Assembly: GCA_964016885.1 (NCBI GenBank)
Contig: OZ024746.1
Coordinates: 80,786,001 to 80,850,000, forward strand
Length of the DNA: 64,000 nt
Source of the DNA: Eledone cirrhosa
Taxonomy: Eukaryota
Reading direction: 5' to 3'
Shown piece after piece: positions 53,861 through 64,000 of the stretch. Numbering within the stretch: the first letter of the stretch is position 1; each line of letters begins with the position of its first letter. A program made the translations under genes and the position numbers. The notes beneath the pieces are model-generated. The model was given only the letters and a program-made list of their open reading frames with translations, had not been told where the DNA came from and made no database searches.

Positions 53861-53966
53861 TAGAAATGGCTTCTACAGGACTAAAACTGTTTCATTCGAA
53901 GGAAATCACCAGTAAATTCCTGATCATTTCCTTTAAATGAAACAGTTCTAGTCCTGTATATTTCTA
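53861..53966. repeat. Inverted repeat of two degenerate hammerhead cores
   Basis: 53874-53912 is the reverse complement of 53920-53958. The arms read CTGGTGA/CTGATCA-TTTCCTT..AAT-GAAA-CAG-TT. Confidence 0.6.
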
Positions 53967-54037
53967 TATTATATATTTATACTCTGCTATGTATTACCCC
54001 CTGCTGTGGTTACCCCGATTGAACCCAGGATACACAG

Positions 54038-54176
54038 ACCAAGCTGAAGATCTGCTTAAGGTGAAACATTTGTTCTCGGTATGGTGAACTAACTGTTGTG
54101 GAACTACTTCTACCAAACTCGTCCCATGGACTGACTGCTCTCCTTCTACGGATACAACCCTCCAGTGTTCTACTAT
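54038..54176 (+). mobile_element. Hammerhead-bearing element family C
   Basis: ACCAAG-CTGAAGA-TCTGCTTAAGGT-GAAA-CATTTG-TT-CTCGGT followed by ~95 bp shared with 4031-4161. Ends at (TA)n. Confidence 0.65.
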
Positions 54177-54249
54177 TATATATATATATATATATATATA
54201 TGCATGTGTATATATATATATGTATGTGTATATATATATGCATGTGTGA

Positions 54250-54290
<41 letters not shown>

Positions 54291-54334
54291 TGTGTATATA
54301 TATATATGTATGTGTATATATATATGCATGTGTG

Positions 54335-54365
<31 letters not shown>

Positions 54366-54396
54366 GCATGTATATATATATGCATGTATATATATA

Positions 54397-55091
<695 letters not shown>

Positions 55092-55092
<1 letters not shown>

Positions 55093-55902
55093 ATGATACA
55101 TTTTATTACTAATTATATCTAAATGTTTCTTCTCTCTTCATAATGTATTTTTAACTCTGATACTGGTTCAGTCTAGTTCAACTGAATTGGTCTGTCCCAG
55201 TCATTCATTGAGCAACATCGGTGAAGTTGGCACCCTTAACTCACAGTTGGGTGCGGATGCATTCATGTATATATGTGTGTGTCCGCATGTATCTGTGTGT
55301 TTCTAAATGTATTAATAACTCCCTCTGGTCGAGCAATCTTTGAAGTGTGGGGACAACTGGAAAGCTTCCATTACTCATACTTCTCGCCTTCTTCACTACC
55401 TCTTCTACGGCCCCGATATGAATACCCCCTCCGCCTCCGTGGTATTTTTTTCGTGGTTATAAGAGGCTTAGCTCTGTTTCTCGACCGTTATATCGCGTGA
55501 CTATCTCCCCCTCCGCCTTTTGGGATTCTTTCTCACGTCGTGTAGACGCGTTCTTGAGACTAGTAAAATGAGGTATCCTCTTGATAAGTCGGCAGACCTC
55601 GCAAGGACTCTATATCTTTGATATATTGTTTTTGTTTATGCCACGAAACTACGTAGTCGAGGAATTTAGGAACAGTTTAGGTATGATACATTTTATTACT
55701 AATTATATCTAAATGTTTCTTCTCTCTTCATAATGTATTTTTAACTCTGATACTGGTTCAGTCTGGTTCAAACTGAATTGGTCTGTCCCAGTCATTCATT
55801 GAGCAACATCGGTGAAGTTGGCACCCTTAACTCACAGTTGGGTGCGGATGCATTCATGTATATATGTGTGTGTCCGCATGTATCTGTGTGTTTCTAAATG
55901 TA
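55092..55902 (+). mobile_element. Element family D (~590-bp unit with 220-bp terminal direct repeat, degenerate hammerhead)
   Basis: 55092-55311 is nearly identical to 55682-55902. TCCTC-TTGATAA-...-GAAA-CTACGTAG-TC-GAGGA lies at 55576-55663. Inside (TA)n. Confidence 0.72.
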
Positions 55903-55965
55903 TATATATATATATATATATGCATGTATATATATATATATATGCATGTATATATATATATATGC

Positions 55966-56004
<39 letters not shown>

Positions 56005-56106
56005 TGTATATATATATACATGCATGTATATATATATATATGCATGTATATATATATATGCATGTATATATGCATGTATATATATATATATATATACATG
56101 TATATA

Positions 56107-56500
56107 TGTAGGAGGTGAGTTTTATTGTAGTACAATAAAGCAATGCAGATATCGGATAAGAAGCACTCTACAGTTTGTAGGACTGGAGTATACATAATAT
56201 ATAAGAACAAAAGATGGTTAAAAGAGTTCCATGTATTTTATTATGCGCATTTCAAAAACAAATATCATCATGCAATAATATTTGTGTTTTCATCAGATAA
56301 AACAAGAGGACATGATATGAAGGTTAAAAAACACTTGTCGATAGTTCAGTTTTAAATCAACATATGAGAAGTAGTTTTAGATTGATGTGTGATATTGGGA
56401 AAATATTTTATTTAGAGGGGGGTGGAAAGGATGAAAAAAAAATGCGCATAATAAAATACATGGAACTCTTTTAATCATCTTTTGTTCTTATATATTATAT
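56107..56500. mobile_element. Family B element, second copy
   Basis: Same left end (TGTAGGAGGTGAG) and right end as 34441-34760. Inverted arms at ~56194-56252 and ~56440-56500. Confidence 0.8.
56236..56302 (-). ncRNA. Type I hammerhead ribozyme (family B, minus strand)
   Basis: The plus strand reads TTTTAT-TA-TGCGCA-TTTC...TCATCAG-ATAAAA, the reverse complement of an intact core. Confidence 0.8.
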
Positions 56501-56562
56501 ACATGTATATATATATATGCATGTATATATATATATATATATGCATGTATATATATATATGC

Positions 56563-56603
<41 letters not shown>

Positions 56604-59600
56604 TGCACACACGTGTGTGTAAGTACCCCAACTGAAAGATGTTTACATATTAAGCCAAATTATCCCAACATCCACTCTAATGGGACATCTCTTTTATCTA
56701 ATCAATGTTACTATAGTCATCCTTCACTCTCAGTATTATTATTATATTCTTCCACCTCCATTTCTGTTTTCCTTTTCGTTTTTCATTCACTTGATAGTTT
56801 TACAAGCTCAATTTTTTCTAATGGTTATTCTTAGTCTGTCTGTCTCATTGTTTTTCTCTCCATCTCTTCCCCTTCCTCTATTTATTCAATTAAACTTTAC
56901 TGATAAGCAATCTTTTCTTGCTCTTTCTCTATTTCTTTTTCATTTACTTTTTCTTTCTCTCTTTCTTTCTTTCTTTCTTTCTTTTTCTTTCTTTCTTTCT
57001 TTCTCCTACTCATTCATTCACTCCCACTTGCTCTATCTTTCTCCCTTCCTCTCTCTCGTTTAAACCTAGTTTGGAGTTAGTGTACTGTTATTAAGTATGA
57101 TAGTGATAGAAACTTCCTTTGGTATTAATACTAGGCAGCCCATGTCTATGTAAGCATGCTAGCTTCAGTTTCATCATCAGCAGCACTCCCCCTGCTTCCC
57201 ACCCCCTCCTCTCTTACCAATAGCCGCCTACCAGCTTTTTTTTCTTTTCTTTTTTTTTCTTCTTTTAATATATATTTATTTTTTATATACATTACATGGC
57301 TGCTAAGATTGGTGAAAAATTGTTATGGAATGTAGGCATGGTAGCAGACCTGATGCAGTTAGAGAAAGGGCACACCACTCCGTCGATACTGTGTCTGCTA
57401 CCATTAGATGTTTGCAGTATTGGATACAGATAGATAGATACAGTCTAGCAAGCTCACACAAGTTATTCTGCCACAACCACTGTTGCTGAAAGAGGGGAGG
57501 TTTGTGTGTGTGTACGTATGGTTTTTTTCCTTACGCTGCTGACTCCATTCTGCAGCAGAGAAGAGGAATTAACAGATTGAATTTGGCTCCAAGATATCCA
57601 TCTGTCTTGTTTTTGTTTTTTCGACTCTAAACATATTCTGATATGTTTTGGTATGTTTACACTTTATTCTATCTGTTTTATTAGTTTGTTTGGTTATCTT
57701 TTAAAATTGAAAATTAATAATAATTGCTTAACAAAAAACAAAACAAGGGATAGTAGGGTGGGAGGTGAGTAAAAAACAACAACAAAAACCGAGGGAAATA
57801 CAAGAGTTAGATATTACTTATTTGTTACCAATCCACCCAAAGTCGTATGTTTAAATTAATTTGATACAAAATCATTTTCATAAATCATGTATGTTATAAA
57901 TACAATCTTAATAATGAAATAATTAATACTTTTAGTAAATCTCTCCAAATTCTTCATTACTTAAAAGACATACAATATATATCATTAGAAATATGGTAAT
58001 GAAAGTGTTAACAAAAAATAACAAACATAGATAGTTGGGGGCGGGGGAGATAAAAAAGGAGGGAAATATAATAGTTTAACCTTAATGAAAATAACATAAG
58101 TAACTTTAATTTTTTTCTAATAGAATATCAGTCTGTTTGCTTTTTCTGATTACTAACATAAGGAAATGCTTAATTGAAGGCAATCTGTTAAGTAGTTTTC
58201 TCATTTAGTTTCTTTTTATATGAACATGTTTTATTCTGTTGACTCCTGTTGATAAGAGAGTTTCTTTTTTATCTTCTTTTGCATAAGAGTTACATAGGTT
58301 TTTACTTTCTTTTATCCACGTGCATGTTTGTGTGTGTCTGCATTTATGTTTCATGGCACACACATATATTATGTATGTTCATGCCAGCACGATAAAGTAA
58401 ACATAAAATGATGATATATTGATATAATGTGCGTGTATATGTACTAACATATAGAATATCTGATTCAAAGAGTACTCTTTCACACCATTTCATAAATTTG
58501 TTGCACCCTTTAGAATACCATATCAATACCACATCTCCAAATTCTGTTCATGTAAGATTATCCATTATTAATTTTAGGGAATGATTTGTAGTTTCATCAA
58601 GTCACATTCTGTGGGGTTACATAATTACCATATTGAAGTTACCGAAGGTCTTAGTGCATAGTTTTGTAAGGTTCTGAAGGGAGTAATTCCAAAGTATGAA
58701 TCAATTTTGATTACCCTTTTTTCTTAGCTATTTCCCCTTATAATTCACACTGTCTGTTTTCTACTATTTTTCATGTAGATCCCTGAATCTTTTCCTATGG
58801 TGCAAAATGGGACATTTAAAATTTTTCTTTTATATTGCAATTTATCATTAAAATTATTGTTTTATAGCAAACTATTATTTATTCTAGTATTTATTAAAAA
58901 GAAAAAGAACAAAAGGATTGTACAATCACATAGTGTATTTTTCTTTGTCTAGATATCAAGAAGGTACCAGTTCCAAATTCAATTAAACCTTTTTGATACC
59001 AAATCGCCTGTAACCACCCTTGGTTCTTTGATACCAGATTGTTTATTTGAAAGTGTTTTTCATTTAATTGAATAATCTATTAATGTATTTTTTAAATGAA
59101 TTAAATAATTTATCAAATATTTAGTGAAATAATTTAAATAAATAATGGCTAAGCAGAAAAGATTTATTAATTTCTTCTATTCTTTTTACATATCATGAAT
59201 GTGAGTTTCAATATGCACTCCTACCCAACACTACTACCACCACCACTCACCACTCACCACCACCACCATCACCACCACCATCACCACCAATTATTTTGAA
59301 ACTAATCAAGAATTTGGAGGGATTCAGTAAACCAACTTTCTCATTATCTGGTGTTCTTATATAAAATTATGATGGAAGAGTTTTTTAGATAAATATAAAC
59401 ACTTTAAAACAAGTTATGTCTCATAGAATCAGGGACAGTTTTAGGTAGTTTGGTTTCAAAAGAGTTAATACTTAGTACCTACAAGAAAGACATAAATGTC
59501 ACATCTTCCCATTTTACCACCCATAGGCTTCATAACTCTGTAAAATAAATTGTTTTATTTGACTGTAAAAAAAATAATAATAAAAATTAGATCAAGTTTT

Positions 59601-59841
59601 TACATATTTCATGTTTATCCCAGAATAGGTACATTATATCCCACTCTGCATGTAACCAGAGGTAACTAAAATGGTTGGTGTCAGGGATGGCATCCAGCTA
59701 AAAAACAGTGCCTCAAAAAATCCTATCCAAACCATGCTATGATGTAAAATCAATGATGATGATGACAATGATAATGATGATGATGACAATGATGATGATG
59801 GTGATGATGATGAGGATGATCATCATGATGTTTATGACAAT

Positions 59842-60600
59842 CGTCATCATCATCATCATCGTTTAACGTCCATCTTCCACGCTAGCATGGGTCTGGACAG
59901 GAATTTTCCCACTTGAGGCAAGATTGGTTGTCCTGCTCATATAGGACTGTCTGGCAGGTTTTCTACAGCTGGATGCCCTTCCTAACACCAACCACATTTA
60001 CAGTGTGGACTGGGAGGTTTTTACCATGTTACCTACACAGACACACATTACAGCATGGACTGTGTGTTTTTTGTCTTGACACCTACACAACCTCATTTAT
60101 TAGGACTGGATGTTGTGGTACCAACATAACTTTACAGAGAAAGGGGTGGTGTAGATGGGGGTGGGGTAGGGGTAGTGGGACGGGGGTGTATTTTGGTTAA
60201 GAGGTGCCTACTAACTGTAGGTTTCACTTTGTACTTAGGCAAGGCGGGTCTTCTGTATTACTGAGTAGCGCCAAAGATCTCGGTCCAGTGACATTGTCTT
60301 GGAGAGGTGTAAGTGTGTGAGATCGGAATTTATCAAGTCATCCCAGGTTTTTCTGGGTCTGCCTACTCCGTGGCTACCGTCTATTTTTATCGTCCTGCAC
60401 TTTTTTATACAGCTGTCGTCTTTCATGCGCATCACGTGGCCATACCAACGTAGTCTTCTCTCAAGTAAACAGCATCTGATCCCTCTTATTCCTAATTTCT
60501 CACTTAGTTCGCGTATATTACTATTACACATCCAACGGAGCATGCAAGCTCCGTTCCTCTCCAGTCTGCGTAGGTCCTCTGCACACAAGGCCCATGTCTA
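59842..60600 (-). mobile_element. RTE-B-related 3' fragment (more diverged)
   Basis: ORF 60235-60588: RRLERNGACMLRWMC..RRLRWYGHV..GRPRKTW. The UTR block and GACGTTAAAC(GAT)n tail follow. Confidence 0.8.
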
Positions 60601-61077
60601 TCATGATGACGACAATGATGATTATGAGATTCTAAAAGAAAAGAAAGTGGTAATGGGGGTTGCATCAAATGTTAGAATTTCTCTTTCAGGATTAGAACTT
60701 AAAATGATGTGGTATTTTAAGACTGGATAATGTAATATCTATAAAGGATTAAACCATCAGTATTTTTTTTATTTTTTTTTTATTAAAACACTTTTTTTTC
60801 TCTCTTATGAGAGAAGGAATAATTCTTGATGTCATACCTAATAAATTATAATATTAATTGCAAATGTTAATATCCATTATTTTATTGTTGTTCCAAGTGA
60901 TTCATTAGAACATTTGGTAGAATTAAATTTAGTGGCAGATAATGGGGTAGGGGAGTAGGATAATTAACTGTCTTTTAATGTTTCAAAATTGTTAGAAATG
61001 TCTTTAGGGCTAAAATATTTTAGAATTCTATACATTACAACAACAACAACAACTACTACTACTATTACTACTACTAT

Positions 61078-61112
<35 letters not shown>

Positions 61113-61194
61113 AACCCATTGTTTTACAGATGGAATAAATAATATTTGGATTCAGTTTCTTCATCAAATTGTAACAAAGTTATATTTGTGTATG

Positions 61195-61224
<30 letters not shown>

Positions 61225-61225
<1 letters not shown>

Positions 61226-61563
61226 CATCATCATCATCATCATACATCCACTTTTTCCCTGCTTGCAAGGGTGGGACGGGAACTGATTCTGGCTTGATTT
61301 CTACAGCTGGATGCCCTTCCTAACACCAACCTCATTTACAGTGAGTGCTGGGTGCTTTTTTGCCGTGGCACCTCCACGACAACTTTACAGTGGAATGATA
61401 TGGACCCCAGTCCCTATCATCTCATTTCTACAGCTGAGTAAACTGGAGCAATGTGAAATAAAGTGTCTTGCTCAAGGAAACAACACATCACCCGGTCTGA
61501 GAATTGAACTCACAACCTCTCGATTGCAAGGCCAATGCTCTAACCACTGAGCCATGTGCCTCC
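61225..61563 (-). mobile_element. Same tRNA-SINE family
   Basis: Reverse-complement match to 35354-35694. Confidence 0.88.
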
Positions 61564-61591
61564 ATATATATATATTTATATATATATATAT

Positions 61592-61655
<64 letters not shown>

Positions 61656-61916
61656 GTATGAGTATTGACATATATGGGACACAAACTCACATCTTTGTAT
61701 ATATAGAGCCCAACCCATGTCAGCATAGAAAACAAATGTAAGATAATGTGTACTTGATTTAGAATAGGCACATCATTATAAGAGGTGAGAAAAATGGTTA
61801 GCACGAGGAAGGGCATCCAGACATAAAAACATTGTCTCAAAATAATAAGTATGATTAAGCCGATCATGTTGTTCACATGAGTCATACCTGCTTTAAAATG
61901 CTTCTTGTTGTTATCG

Positions 61917-62640
61917 TTAATATAGTGCAATTTGATGGAGTTTGGCTGCTATTTTTAGCAAATCAAGTAACCACCTACAGTCCTAATCTTTGTTGTATCT
62001 GTTGTTGTTGTTGTTATTAAGGGTGTTGTTTGGGGGATGGGTGGTGAAGTTCATTGTTGTCATGGCTACTATACTTGTTCTTGTTAATATAGTGTGATTT
62101 GATGGAGTTTGGCTGCTATTTCTAGCAAGTCAAGTGACCACGTACAGTCCTAATCTTTGTTGCATCTGTTGTTGTTGTTGTTGTTGTTGTTATTAAGGAT
62201 GTTTTTTTAGGGGGTGGGGAAGTCCACTGTTGTCATGGCTACTATACTTGTTCTTGTTAATATAGTGTGATTTGATGGAGTTTGGCTGCTATTTCTAGCA
62301 AGTCAAGTGACCACGTACAGTCCTAATCATTGTTGCATCTGTTGCTGTTGTTGTTGTTGTTATTAAGGATGTTTTTTAGGGGGTGGGGAAGTCCACTGTT
62401 GTCATGGCTACTATACTTGTTCTTGTTAATATAGTGTGATTTGATGGAGTTTGGCTGCTATTTCTAGCAAGTCAAGTGACCACGTAGAGTCCTAATCTTT
62501 GTTGCATCTGTTGTTGTTGTTGTTATTAAGGATGTTTTTTTAGGGGGTGGGGAAGTCCACTGTTGTCATGGCTACTATACTTGTTCTTGTTAATATAGTG
62601 TGATTTGACGGAGTTTGGCTGCTATTTCTAGCAGATTGAG
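61917..62640. repeat. ~168-bp tandem repeat, ~4.3 copies
   Basis: TTAATATAGTG unit starts at 61917, 62084, 62257, 62426 and 62590. Length varies mainly in an internal (GTT)n. Confidence 0.9.
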
Positions 62641-62787
62641 TGACTTGGTATAAAGCCTTCTTCACTGTTGCATCTGTTATCCTTGTTATTGTTGGCATTG
62701 TTGTTTTCAAAATAGCTAATTTGTGTGCAAATGATCAAGCCAGACTGAATGTATTATAAAGATCTAGTTTAGGCCCCAGCATTCTTT

Positions 62788-64000
62788 ACCATCACTACAA
62801 CCACTGCTACAACCACCACTACAATCACTACTACAACCACCACCACCAATACTACTACCACTACCACTACCACAATCATGGTGGTCACTATCATCATCAA
62901 TACCACCACCACTGTCATCACTACTACCACCACCACCACCACCACCACCACCATCACTACTACCACCACCACCACCATCATCATCACCACCACCACCATC
63001 ATCATCACCACCACCACCACCACTGTCATCACTACTACCACCACCACCACTACCATCACTACTACCACCACCATCATCATCATCACCACCACCATCATTA
63101 TCACCACCACCACCACCACCAATACTATCATCATCGTCAACAGCACCACCACCACCACCACCACCACCAATACTATCATCATCAACAGCACCACCACCAT
63201 TAAGACCATCACTATGACCACCACCAATACTATTATCATCAACAGCACCACCACCATTATGACAACCACTATGACTACTACCACCACCACCATCATTATC
63301 ATCACTACCACCACTACCACCACCTCCACCACTACTACCTCCGCCACCACCACAACTACCACCATCATTATCATCACTACCACCACTACCACCACTACTA
63401 CCACCGCCACCACCACTACCACTACCACCATCATTATCATCACTACCACCACTACCACCATCATCATCATCACTACCACCATTATGACCGCCACCCTTCC
63501 CACCATCACCACTGCCACCACCACCAATACCACCATCATTATCATCACTACCACCACTACCACCACCGCCACCACCACTACCACTACCACCATCATTATC
63601 ATCACTACCACCACTACCATCATCATCATCATCACTACCACCACCACCACTACCACCATTATGACTGCCACCCTTCCCACCATCACCACTGCCACTACCA
63701 CCCTCATTATCATCACAACCACCACTACCACCATCATCATTACCACCACCACCACTACCACCACCACCACCACCACCATTATGACCGCCACCCTCCCCAC
63801 CATCACCACCACCACTACCATCATCATCATCATCATCACTACTACCACTGCCACTACCACTACCACCCTCATTATCATCACAACCACCACTACCACCACT
63901 ACCACCACTACCACTACCACCACCACTACCACCATTATGACCGCCACCCTTCCCACCATCACCACCACCACCATCATCATCATCATCACTACCATCACCA
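62788..64000. repeat. Mosaic (ACC/ACT/ATC)n trinucleotide array
   Basis: Continuous triplet periodicity with recurring ACCATTATGACCGCCACCCTTCCC higher-order blocks. Confidence 0.9.

Noticed and set aside
61917-62640. CRISPR-like array (also 23560-24240)
   Set aside because: Whole units repeat with no unique spacers, the context is eukaryotic, and there are no cas genes.
62769-63998. 409-aa Val/Met-rich ORF
   Set aside because: It is the reverse reading of an (ACC/ATC/ACT)n triplet array, with no domain content.

Overview
Very AT-rich eukaryotic DNA, intronic or intergenic, dominated by (TA)n/(CA)n/(CAT)n microsatellites, tRNA-derived SINEs, RTE-type LINE fragments and TTAA-flanked MITEs. 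The repeat landscape resembles an octopus/cephalopod genome (inference). No host protein-coding exon can be supported, and most ORFs in the track are microsatellite artefacts. The one real long ORF (about 39664-41325) is a 5'-truncated but otherwise uninterrupted Penelope-like retroelement (RT + zinc knuckle + GIY-YIG endonuclease, Naiad-type). It is bracketed by ~140-bp inverted pseudo-LTR copies, each carrying a minimal type I hammerhead ribozyme. The main hidden signal is a set of several sequence-unrelated small non-coding elements, mostly inserted in (TA)n tracts. They carry hammerhead cores (CUGANGA...GAAA + short palindromic stem III) and show terminal redundancy (1.x-mer direct repeats) or 5' inversions. 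This looks like a population of retrozyme-like, Penelope-mobilised ribozyme RNAs that target TA microsatellites and nest inside each other. A decayed near-full-length RTE-like LINE, a SINE/LINE shared-tail system, a ~168-bp satellite and a ~59-bp minisatellite are also present.
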